This document shows positions 9,261 to 17,824 of a stretch of 53,991 nucleotides of DNA, piece after piece (the first letter of the stretch is position 1; each line of letters begins with the position of its first letter). The position numbers were made by a program, and so were the translations under genes. The notes under the pieces were generated by a model. It was not told where the DNA came from. It saw nothing but the letters and a program-made list of their open reading frames with translations, and did not search any database. Source of the stretch: Pseudomonadota bacterium (GTDB lineage Bacteria > Pseudomonadota > Alphaproteobacteria > Caulobacterales > Maricaulaceae); the NCBI GenBank assembly GCA_039033275.1, contig JBCCCX010000001.1:1-53991 (forward strand). Direction: 5' to 3'.

Positions 9261-9987
9261 CTTCGCGCGTCGGCATGGCGACGATTTCTTCCAGCTGCAT
9301 GCCGCAGATTTCCGATAGCGCCTCGGCGTCGTGCACCACGATCCGGTTGCGACCGTAGTCGATCAGGCCCTCTTTACGGAAAGCGCTCATCAACTTGGAG
9401 ATCGATACGTTGGTCAGGCCGAGCATGTTGCCGATCTCTTCCTGCGTCATGGGCAGCCGTATCGTCTTGTGAAGGGCGGTTTCACCCATCTGCTGGGCGA
9501 CGTCGAGAATGCGGAGCATCACGAAGGCTAGGCGCCCGCGTGCGGGGAGCTGACCCAATGCTGTGAGGTGGCGCTGCGTGCGCTGCGTCTGGCGGGCCAG
9601 CGTCTCGGCGAGCCAACGCGACAGCGCCTCGTCACCGGCGCAGACATGTTGCAACGTGTCGATATCGATCCTGTAGGCCTTGGCATCCTGCAGAGCGATG
9701 GCGGAAAAATCCGATCCGATTTCGTCGAGCTGGCTCAGACCGGCAAAGCTGCCGGGGCCGAGTATGTCGAGTATCTGCGTGTCGCCCGTGTCGATGGACA
9801 TCTTCGAAACGGCATAGCCTTCGGATATCAGAAAGACGGCCGTCACGGGCCGGCCGTCGGCGATGATGGAGCGGCCGCGGCCAATGTCCGAACGCCTGTG
9901 CTTGGAGAGCTGCAAGCCCTCCACCAGTGCGGAGGGAAGCCGATCTAGAACCGGATCGTTGTGATAATGTTGGTCTGCAGCTGTCAT
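9217..9987 (-). CDS. Crp/Fnr family regulator (paralogue 3)
   Basis: EGYA..GDTQIL..GPG; HTH LPMTQEEIGNMLGLTNVSISK. Its 3' end overlaps the LOV gene by 44 bp. Confidence 0.88.
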   Translation of the reverse strand: MTAADQHYHNDPVLDRLPSALVEGLQLSKHRRSDIGRGRSIIADGRPVTAVFLISEGYAVSKMSIDTGDTQILDILGPGSFAGLSQLDEIGSDFSAIALQDAKAYRIDIDTLQHVCAGDEALSRWLAETLARQTQRTQRHLTALGQLPARGRLAFVMLRILDVAQQMGETALHKTIRLPMTQEEIGNMLGLTNVSISKLMSAFRKEGLIDYGRNRIVVHDAEALSEICGMQLEEIVAMPTREASASAPAPSAQSAR

Positions 9988-10151
9988 AATGCGGATTTCG
10001 GTCCGACGGACGAGGTAGCCCGCCTCTTAAAATAGTTTATCTCACCTTCACAACGTTTCTGCAAGACATTCCGTTCCTGTAATGGCGCCACCTTTTTGCG
10101 TTAAGTTGAGAAACGCGATTTTTTTGACTGTCTGCGAGACGCCGGAAATGC

Positions 10152-10181
10152 GCTGCTGCACAAACTGCTGCTGCACAAACT
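10152..10181. repeat. 15-bp tandem duplication
   Basis: GCTGCTGCACAAACT twice, in intergenic DNA upstream of Crp paralogue 3. Confidence 0.8.
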
Positions 10182-10196
10182 GTGGAGCAATGCGCA

Positions 10197-10916
10197 TCAG
10201 GCTGGCGCGCGAAACCGGTTCCCGACCATATGCAGGCGGGCCGGCCCGCGCAGACGGCGACCGTGTGAGGTCGTTTTCAAGGCTTCGACCATGGCGATCG
10301 CTTCTGCGACATGATCGTTGTGGAACTCTTGCGGAACGCAGAGCACGGCATGGCCGCGGCGCCGCGCTTCGGATGAGCCCTCGCCCGCGCGGCCGATCCA
10401 CAGGCCTTTCGGTCCGGCGCCCAACGAGGCCCTATCGATCGGCTCGAGAATTTGGCTGTCATGTATGTGCGGCAGAACCGTGGAGAGCAGTACATCCAGA
10501 AGCGAGCCCGACCAGTTGCATATAACGTCGATCCTCGCTCTCCTGTCGATCAGCCCGTCCAGAAACGCGGCCATCGCCTCGTTGACGCGCGGGACACCGA
10601 GCAAAAGCTGGGTGCCTATCTCGATGTGATAGTGCCGGATCACCTTGGGCCAGAGTTCGCGCCAATAGGGGCCTTGGCGCGGGTCGGACTGCACGAGCGC
10701 GCGCAATAGATCCATCTTGTGTTCGGATAGGCACCCTGCCGCCAGGAACCGTGTCACGGCCTGTCCGAGTTCGCCCTTGTCGAGCTTGAAGACCTGCACG
10801 GTGGCTTCCAGTGCCTTCATCTGCACAGAGGCGAAGTCCCCGAAAAGATAGGGCGAGGCGATGATGACGCGGTCCTGCCGGGTAGGGCGGCTGACCCGAT
10901 TTGTAAGCTGACTCAT
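10197..10916 (-). CDS. Hypothetical protein
   Basis: 239-codon ORF with globular-looking composition, GAAGGA SD-like sequence, fills the gap; no recognised motif. Confidence 0.6.
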   Translation of the reverse strand: MSQLTNRVSRPTRQDRVIIASPYLFGDFASVQMKALEATVQVFKLDKGELGQAVTRFLAAGCLSEHKMDLLRALVQSDPRQGPYWRELWPKVIRHYHIEIGTQLLLGVPRVNEAMAAFLDGLIDRRARIDVICNWSGSLLDVLLSTVLPHIHDSQILEPIDRASLGAGPKGLWIGRAGEGSSEARRRGHAVLCVPQEFHNDHVAEAIAMVEALKTTSHGRRLRGPARLHMVGNRFRAPA

Positions 10917-11063
10917 AGCGTCCTTCCCAGGACAAGGTCGATGTGAGTCTTGTGCGCTCCAGCCTGGGGCGTGTCCTTAACATCAATCACGCTTTCAGAC
11001 GGTATTTCGCTCCCGGATCGCCGGAATCCTGGCATTGTCGTGCAAGATGCTAACGATAAGCGC

Positions 11064-12551
11064 ATGATTCCGGATGATTTTGTCGCCGCGCTCGATCCTT
11101 TTCCGACCCTCATGGACCGTATCCATGTCATGGCGGAACGGCCCGTCCGGCGACCCGCACGCTATGTGCTGTGCTGGATCCAGCAGGCGCTACGATGCGA
11201 CCAGAACCCTCTGGTCGAGGCCGCGCAGGCGATCGGCAATGCGCTCGGCCTGCCCGTCCTGGTCTATCACGGCATCTCGCAGACCTATCCGCACGCATCC
11301 GATCGGCTGCACTGGATGCTGCTGGGCGGCAGCCGAGAAATGGCGCGGGGCCTGTCGGAGCGCGGCATCCGGACGGTCTGCCATGTCGTGCGCCCCGGCC
11401 ATGTCGAGAAGGGGCTGGTCTACCGCTTGGCGGACCATGCGGCCTGCGTGGTCCTGGAGGACCATCCGACTTTCGTCGCCAGCTGGCAGAGTCGGTCATT
11501 CGCCGCAAAGGCCGACTGCCCCGTTCTGGCGGTAGATGCCGCAAGGCTCGTCCCCTACCGGACCCTGCCGGCCGGTCTGCGTACGACAAAGGCGTTCCGG
11601 AAGGCATCCGGCGAACGGCGCGCATCCTATCTGGACGGCATTCCGCGAACCGAGGTGCCATGCCCGCCCTACGACGGCCCGCTGCCATTTACGCCCACCC
11701 AGATCGAAGAAGCCGACGACGCATCGCTCTCAACCCTCATGAAGGCTTGCGACATTGACCACTCGCTGCCCGTTTGCGAAGCGCATCCTCCGTCCCGAAA
11801 GGTCGCCCTGAACCGGATGGAGCGCTTCGTCGCGCAAAGCTTGGCGCGCTACAAGTGGGAGCGCAACAACCCCGCCTCGCCCCATGCGGGTTCGGAACTC
11901 TCGCCCTATCTTCACTTCGGCATGATCGCGCCCTGGGAGGTCGCTGCCGCCGTGCGGGCCTCCAATGTTCATGCCGCGGCCAAGTGGAAATTCCTCGACG
12001 AATTGCTGACCTGGCGGGAATGGTTCCACTACCAGGCCCTGCACATGCCGGGATTTGAGCGGTTCGAGACGCTGGCCGCCCGGCCCCGGGACAGCCTGCT
12101 GGCCCATGCCGACGATCCGCGCGAGACGCTCTATAGCATGGACGAATTGCTGCACGGCCGCACGGAGGACGAAACGTGGAACGCCGCGCAGCGGCAATGG
12201 CTTCTGGACGGCTACATGCACAATAATCTGCGCATGTATTGGGGCAAGAAGCTCATCGGATGGACGCCCGATCCAGAGACGGCCTGGAATGTCGCTTGCT
12301 ATATAAACGACCGGATCAGCCTGGATGGCCGTGACCCGGCGACCTACGGCAATATGCGGTGGTGCTTCGGGGACGCGCGCCCGGCCTACAGGGAGGCTGC
12401 GGTCTATGGCTGGGTCGCACCGAAGACGGACCGTGCGCTGAGGAAGCGCACGGGCGTGCCGGAATGGCTGTCGCGGATGGCATCGCGCGAGGGGCCGCGC
12501 ATCGATGCCCCGAATGCCTACCCCGATGCGCCCCGTCCCAGCTTGGACTGA
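11064..12551 (+). CDS. Class II CPD photolyase-like protein
   Basis: YVLCW..ALR..NP, LSPYLHFG, FLDELLTWRE, WNAAQ..GYMHNNLRMYWGKK and LDGRDP..YG..WCFG motifs. Confidence 0.85.
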   Translation: MIPDDFVAALDPFPTLMDRIHVMAERPVRRPARYVLCWIQQALRCDQNPLVEAAQAIGNALGLPVLVYHGISQTYPHASDRLHWMLLGGSREMARGLSERGIRTVCHVVRPGHVEKGLVYRLADHAACVVLEDHPTFVASWQSRSFAAKADCPVLAVDAARLVPYRTLPAGLRTTKAFRKASGERRASYLDGIPRTEVPCPPYDGPLPFTPTQIEEADDASLSTLMKACDIDHSLPVCEAHPPSRKVALNRMERFVAQSLARYKWERNNPASPHAGSELSPYLHFGMIAPWEVAAAVRASNVHAAAKWKFLDELLTWREWFHYQALHMPGFERFETLAARPRDSLLAHADDPRETLYSMDELLHGRTEDETWNAAQRQWLLDGYMHNNLRMYWGKKLIGWTPDPETAWNVACYINDRISLDGRDPATYGNMRWCFGDARPAYREAAVYGWVAPKTDRALRKRTGVPEWLSRMASREGPRIDAPNAYPDAPRPSLD

Positions 12552-12587
12552 ACCCATCCGACCGGGCCGCGAGGCGGCGCGGTCGGA

Positions 12588-12767
12588 TCAGTCGAAGCGG
12601 TTGCCTTCGGGCAGGGACTGGTCTCCCGCACCATCGCTGCGCGTTTCGGCATCGTCGTTCAAGGCGGGCGAGCTGGTCAGTTCGGCTTCATTGGCCTCGT
12701 CCCGCATCTTCTTGAACTCGGCTTCCATCTCGTCAGAATTCTTTTCGGGCTTGGTCGCGATCGTCAT
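12588..12767 (-). CDS. Small acidic hydrophilic protein (59 aa)
   Basis: AAGGAG SD before ATG; perfect EcfG-type promoter upstream; sequence MTIATKPEKN..EGNRFD. Confidence 0.65.
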   Translation of the reverse strand: MTIATKPEKNSDEMEAEFKKMRDEANEAELTSSPALNDDAETRSDGAGDQSLPEGNRFD

Positions 12768-12804
12768 GGCCTGTCTCCTTGCTGTCTTTCGGCTTGCACC
12801 CATC

Positions 12805-12830
12805 AACGGGCGCCACCGCTTCGGAGTTCC
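12805..12830 (-). promoter_or_regulatory. EcfG/SigT-type promoter for the small protein
   Basis: GGAAC-N17-CGTT. Confidence 0.7.
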
Positions 12831-12926
12831 GGCGCGGCGTCTCCGAGCGGCGGTCCATGCCATCGAAAAGCGGCCATTTCCGGTTTTGCTCGCAGTCAAC
12901 GCCTCGCGCCGCCTTGCGGACGTGCC

Positions 12927-12952
12927 GGAACGTCTTCCGCCGTCTTCCCGTT
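12927..12952 (+). promoter_or_regulatory. EcfG/SigT-type promoter for Crp paralogue 4
   Basis: GGAAC-N17-CGTT. Confidence 0.7.
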
Positions 12953-13046
12953 GGTGCTGTGTCGGTGCAACCCATCGGTAAAGCCAGGCGATGTCGAGCG
13001 GCGTCTGACTGGCACGACCGCAACGAAACACGATGAGGTGCAAGAC

Positions 13047-13808
13047 ATGGTCCTGCAAATGACAATGGACGAGGCATGCGGCACCAGCTGCCTGGTCGAA
13101 AAGCTGTCGCACTATGTCGAGCTCGACGATCGCGAGCGCATGGCCGTCAACAAGATGCAGTCCGTCGAAAGGCATTTCGAGCGCGACGAGCTTATATTCT
13201 CCACCGCGGATAGCAATCAGGACCTCTACATCGTCCAGGAAGGGTGGCTGTTTAACTCCATCGACACACCGGATGGTCGCCGACAGATTGTCAACATCTA
13301 CCATCCAGGCGACGTTATCGGCTTTCCGGACGTGGCCCTTCCCGAACGCACGACCAACCTATTTGCAGTCGAGAAAGGCTCGCTCTGTCCCTTCCCCAAA
13401 AGCGGCCTGGGGGCCGTGTTTCGGGACTGCCCGCGCCTGGCGGCACTGCTGTTGACGATCGCCCTGCGGGAGGAGACGATCCTGATCGATCGCCTGCGCA
13501 TCTTCTCGCGCATGAGCGCACAGGCGCGTGTCGGCTATCTGTTCCTGGAACTGGAAGCGCGACTGAATGTCGGGTCCAAAGACCCGGGGCGGACAATCTA
13601 CATGCCGCTGAATCAGCAGGAAATGGGGGATATGGTCGGACTGACCAATGTTAGCGTGTCCCGCGCCATCACCGCCATGGAGGCGGCGGGACTCATCCGG
13701 ACTGCGCCAAAGGCCGTCACACTGCTCCGAAAGACCGAACTGGTGGAACTCTGCGATTTCAAGGATCGCTATTCGACCATGCAAACGGAATGGTTCCCAA
13801 TGGGGTGA
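13047..13808 (+). CDS. Crp/Fnr family regulator (paralogue 4)
   Basis: EGWL..DGRRQIV..PGDVIG; HTH MPLNQQEMGDMVGLTNVSVSR; GAGGTG SD. Confidence 0.9.
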   Translation: MVLQMTMDEACGTSCLVEKLSHYVELDDRERMAVNKMQSVERHFERDELIFSTADSNQDLYIVQEGWLFNSIDTPDGRRQIVNIYHPGDVIGFPDVALPERTTNLFAVEKGSLCPFPKSGLGAVFRDCPRLAALLLTIALREETILIDRLRIFSRMSAQARVGYLFLELEARLNVGSKDPGRTIYMPLNQQEMGDMVGLTNVSVSRAITAMEAAGLIRTAPKAVTLLRKTELVELCDFKDRYSTMQTEWFPMG

Positions 13809-13854
13809 AGCGTGCCGAGGCGCCGAACGAATGTCCGGTCTGGAATTTTAGGGC

Positions 13855-14130
13855 CTAGCCAAGCAAGGAAAGCTGGTCGCCGCCGGGGTGAGAACCAGGC
13901 ACTGAGCGCGCCGCGACGCCGGGCGGAATGGAAGACGGCAGGTCGGCTCCGAACCCGCCGGACGAGGCTTTGCGCCAGCTATAGACTTTGGCGAGGGCGG
14001 AGCCGGGTGGGCAGTACCACCGTTTCACGGATGCATCCCAGCGCGCGCCGAGGCGCTTGGCCATTTCTCGGTCTTTGTAAGCGACATTGATATAGCGTTT
14101 GGTCACAACCATTCCCCTCTGTTCGGCCAT
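13855..14130 (-). CDS. Stand-alone DUF5710-like small protein
   Basis: YINVAYKDREMAKRLGARWD...KRWY motif. Start uncertain (14130, 14112 or 14106). Confidence 0.72.
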   Translation of the reverse strand: MAEQRGMVVTKRYINVAYKDREMAKRLGARWDASVKRWYCPPGSALAKVYSWRKASSGGFGADLPSSIPPGVAARSVPGSHPGGDQLSLLG

Positions 14131-14131
14131 A

Positions 14132-14146
14132 GAACATAGTAAGAAC
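14132..14146. promoter_or_regulatory. Alphaproteobacterial LexA (SOS) box
   Basis: GAAC-ATAGTAA-GAAC (GTTC-N7-GTTC on minus), overlapping a TTGATC-N17-TATGTT promoter-like sequence. Confidence 0.7.
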
Positions 14147-14333
14147 ACTCGGGTGGATCAAGGAATTTATTCTTAGCATAGGTCAAGTCCGCAGAGCGTA
14201 CAGTCTGCGTTCATTTTCGCCGTCAAGAGGAGAGACAACCCCGTCGTGCAAAAATGAAATTTTTAACTGTTTGAAACTAGTTTGGAGCTAGAAGGTTTCT
14301 GTAGTATTGGAAGTTTTCAACCTGTGAGAATGT

Positions 14334-14723
14334 GTGACCCTATCCAATCCTCATAATGGCAGCAAACGCGTTATCGTCGTCGAAGACGAGCCGCTGATCG
14401 CTTATGATCTCGTTGCCGAGATCGAGGCGAGTCACCACGAGGTCGTTGGGCAATGCGGGTCGGCTGTCGATGCCATCGCCCTGACCGAAAAGCTCCGGCC
14501 CGATGTCGTCATCATGGATATCGGCCTGCTGGGGGACCAGAACGGCCTCGAAGCCGCTCGGGAGATCCGCAAGAGTTTCGGCATAGGATGCGTATTCGTG
14601 TCCGCGACTCTCGACCGTGTCGACGACGATATGTGGGGTGATATCAAGCCCGTCGCCTTGATCCGCAAGCCTTACCGCGACAAGGCGCTGAGCGAGGCCA
14701 TATCCAGTAGCGATGCGGCCTGA
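14334..14723 (+). CDS. Single-domain response regulator (receiver)
   Basis: VVEDE, PDVVIMDI (phospho-acceptor Asp), FVSA and KPY motifs. Confidence 0.9.
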   Translation: MTLSNPHNGSKRVIVVEDEPLIAYDLVAEIEASHHEVVGQCGSAVDAIALTEKLRPDVVIMDIGLLGDQNGLEAAREIRKSFGIGCVFVSATLDRVDDDMWGDIKPVALIRKPYRDKALSEAISSSDAA

Positions 14724-14903
14724 CGGACAGGGTCTTCAACCCCAGCTCGATTGTCGGAAGCGTGCAGAAGCCGCAAGGCCTCATCCTAAACTGCGACAAA
14801 TGACAACATATGTTGGAAAACGCTTGAAAAATTAACTTGGACTAATATCCGGCGTTGAATTCCTTTTCACGAAAGCCCGTCGCTTTCGACAACGGCCGGG
14901 ATC

Positions 14904-15650
14904 ATGATGGACGACGCCAAGCTGCAGTTGCAAGCCCTCTTGCCTCCGGCCATTCGCCATCGGTCCTGGATCGACGACATGGCCTTGCGCCAACACGATC
15001 TCGCCCCGCGAGACCTTCTTTTCCGGCCGGACGGAAGCCCCCAGCGCCTGTATTTCGTCGCCAAAGGTTGGCTGCATGGCACGACGGCCCTATCGGAGCG
15101 GCTGCGTCCGATCAGCACGCTGCGCATACGCGGCGACATGATCGGCCTGTCCTGGATCGACAGGCCGAACCGGCTGGAAGACGTCAGTGCCATCACGCAT
15201 GCCGAACTGATCAGCGTCCAGGCGGAGGAGTTCCGCGACGCCATGCGACAGGATCCGGAGCTACAGGCTTTCGCGTTCGACGAACTCGTGCGCGACATGA
15301 TGAACCTGCGGATGATGAGCGCGGTCGTCGGACACATGAAAGCGCCGGATCGGCTCGCCTACTTCCTCTTCATCATGCTCAACCGTTGCCGCCGGACCTA
15401 CCAGACCCGGCTGAACACGCTTTCCCTGCCCATGACGCAGGAAGAAATCGGGCGCATACTCGGCCTCACCAACGTGTCGGTGAACAGGGCCTTCCGTTCG
15501 CTGGAAACGGATGGGCTGATCCAGACGGGGCGCCAAGCCGTGACGTTTCTGGACGAGGATCGGTTCGCACGGCGCTTCGATATGCATGACCGTGCGGAGC
15601 TGATAAACCAGCTCGTCGGATCGCGGCTCGGATCGATTCAGGCAGCCTGA
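14904..15650 (+). CDS. Crp/Fnr family regulator (paralogue 5)
   Basis: KGWL..GDMIG; HTH LPMTQEEIGRILGLTNVSVNR. Confidence 0.9.
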   Translation: MMDDAKLQLQALLPPAIRHRSWIDDMALRQHDLAPRDLLFRPDGSPQRLYFVAKGWLHGTTALSERLRPISTLRIRGDMIGLSWIDRPNRLEDVSAITHAELISVQAEEFRDAMRQDPELQAFAFDELVRDMMNLRMMSAVVGHMKAPDRLAYFLFIMLNRCRRTYQTRLNTLSLPMTQEEIGRILGLTNVSVNRAFRSLETDGLIQTGRQAVTFLDEDRFARRFDMHDRAELINQLVGSRLGSIQAA

Positions 15651-15803
15651 GAGGTTGTTCAAAGCAGTTTAAACTGTGCTCTGAGTTATTGTTCGCAATT
15701 CGCTGCGAAACCGCTTATATGACTGTGCATTCTTACTGTCGGACCGGTTACGGTCCGGCACGACCATGCGATCCCGCTCGAGTGCCCACGGATAGGAGCC
15801 AAA

Positions 15804-16841
15804 TTGCCGGACGACAGCGACATGCGCGCTGCCAAAGAGCAGCTCGAGCGACGTCGTCTCGCACGTCTGGTCGACGCTCTGCCCGTTTTTTCGGGTTTCG
15901 CTTCGCCGGATGGCCATCTCATGCAGGCTCGCCCGCAAACATCCGAATCCTTTCTATGGTCCTTGCCCGAATTCGCCTACGCGCACGATTCCGTCACACA
16001 AGTCGTGGACATGTGCGAGAAGGCGTCCAAGGGCGAGCGCGTGCAGGTCGAACGGCCCTATCTGAAGGAAACGGTCGGGCAGAGTGCTCTGTACGGGCGC
16101 GGCCTGCTGACCCTGTCACCGATCCTGGACGATAAAGGTCATGTTGAGGAACTGGCCGTCACGCTGCTCGACTGCGACGAAGCCGGGCTGACGCCGCACG
16201 ACGCGTTCGCCAAGTCGCGCCTGTCGGAAGCCAATGCCCGCATCGAATCCATGTTGAGCCTTGCTCAGACCGTTGTGGAAGTCTCCCATCCCCTGATCGG
16301 CACAGCTGAGGGGCGCGATCGCCTGTCCGACCGGTTGGACGCACTGGCCGCCGTCATCGAAACCGTGAGCGAACCCGACCTCGCCGACATGCCCATCGAG
16401 GCCCTCATCGAGACGGCGTTGGAGGGTATGGACAGCGGTCGGCGGACCCATCGGCTGCAGCTTATGATGGGAGGTGGCGCGGTGCCGATCACCTATGTTC
16501 CGCTTGTCATGCTGCTGCTGTCGGAACTCGTGACCAATGCTTGCCTCCACGGCGCATGGCGCGACGATTCAGGCGACCGACAGGGCACGGTCGCCGTGCA
16601 GTCCGAAGTGCTCGACAGCGTGAGCGGGCGCGTCCTGCGCCTGCATTGGATAGAGGACGGAGGCCCGCCGGTCTCCGCCGTGCTGGGCCGGGGCTTCGGT
16701 TTCACACTCGGCGAGCGCCTATTCCCTCAAATCACGGGCGGAACGGCGCGGCTGCTCAACTCCGAGGACGGAATCAGCTGGACGTTCGAGCTGCCCATTC
16801 CGGACACGGACGATTTCGATTTTGACGGGATCGACGCGTGA
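15804..16841 (+). CDS. PAS + HWE-type kinase-like protein lacking the phospho-acceptor His
   Basis: LSELVTNACLHGA, WIEDGGP and GFG retained; the H-box position reads EANARIES. AGGAG SD. Confidence 0.8.
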   Translation: MPDDSDMRAAKEQLERRRLARLVDALPVFSGFASPDGHLMQARPQTSESFLWSLPEFAYAHDSVTQVVDMCEKASKGERVQVERPYLKETVGQSALYGRGLLTLSPILDDKGHVEELAVTLLDCDEAGLTPHDAFAKSRLSEANARIESMLSLAQTVVEVSHPLIGTAEGRDRLSDRLDALAAVIETVSEPDLADMPIEALIETALEGMDSGRRTHRLQLMMGGGAVPITYVPLVMLLLSELVTNACLHGAWRDDSGDRQGTVAVQSEVLDSVSGRVLRLHWIEDGGPPVSAVLGRGFGFTLGERLFPQITGGTARLLNSEDGISWTFELPIPDTDDFDFDGIDA

Positions 16842-17821
16842 AGACGCCCACCGTCGTCCGGCCCAGCGCCTTTCACTCACCTGTCCGGAAGACCCGGCTC
16901 CTATTGGCGAGCCTGCCTCTGTTCGCCGGTCTGCTGTCGGAAGACGGACGTGTGCTGGAGTGCAATTTCGGGCCGCTCGGCGGTCCGCTGGAAGAGCGCA
17001 CGGATTGGATCGGCCATCCTTTTGAGACGGGTCCCTGGTGGAGCTATTCGGAAAGCTCCCGCGCCGAGATTCTGATCATGTTGGGCCGGGCGCAGCGCGG
17101 CGAGGCCGTGTCCAAGGAACGGCTCTACAAGAAACCAGACGGATCGATGGGCGTGATGATGCTGTCGCTCAAACCGTTATTCGCCCCCTACGGTCAGCCC
17201 GACGCCATTCTGGTGACGGCGGTGGACGTCACGGAGCGTCGACGGGAAACGGACACGGCCGACCGGATCGCCCACGACATGGCCCACCGTCTGCGCAACA
17301 GCTTCACCATCATGCGCACGCTGGCGACGCGTTCTGATCCGGACGAAGACGCCGCGCGCATTCTGTCCCGCCGCCTGTCGCGCGTGCGCGATGGCCATGC
17401 CCTGTCCTACCGCTATCTGTTCTTCGACGTGCCGGTGCAGGACATCGTCGCGGCGGCGGTGGACGATCCGTCCCAGCTGTCACGCTACGAATACGACCCC
17501 GTCGGTATTCCGGCCGATCACGTCGAGACGCTGATGCTGGCGCTGGGCGAACTCGCCTTACCGGGACGCAAGGCCGAGCTTCTGGCTCAGCGCATCGGTA
17601 GCGATCGTCTGTCCCTGCAGTGGACGGAAGACACGCCGCGATCCGAAGCCGACATGCCGAAGGGCCTTTCAAACGTCCTCATCCGCGTCGTCCCCGAACA
17701 GAAGACGGGCGGAACCGTAACCCTGGAGAACGGACCCGACGTCTTCATCTGGCGTTTCGAGTTCGGCATAGATATTCAAGACGACCTCACGGGGACACCA
17801 CAGATCGTCGCTTCGGCCTAA
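16838..17821 (+). CDS. PAS + HWE-type kinase-like protein with H-box but degenerate ATP-binding domain
   Basis: PAS ends VDVTERR; DMAHRLRN H-box and WTE present; no N-box Asn or GFG. GTGA overlap with the upstream gene. Confidence 0.78.
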   Translation: MKTPTVVRPSAFHSPVRKTRLLLASLPLFAGLLSEDGRVLECNFGPLGGPLEERTDWIGHPFETGPWWSYSESSRAEILIMLGRAQRGEAVSKERLYKKPDGSMGVMMLSLKPLFAPYGQPDAILVTAVDVTERRRETDTADRIAHDMAHRLRNSFTIMRTLATRSDPDEDAARILSRRLSRVRDGHALSYRYLFFDVPVQDIVAAAVDDPSQLSRYEYDPVGIPADHVETLMLALGELALPGRKAELLAQRIGSDRLSLQWTEDTPRSEADMPKGLSNVLIRVVPEQKTGGTVTLENGPDVFIWRFEFGIDIQDDLTGTPQIVASA

Positions 17822-17824
17822 ATT

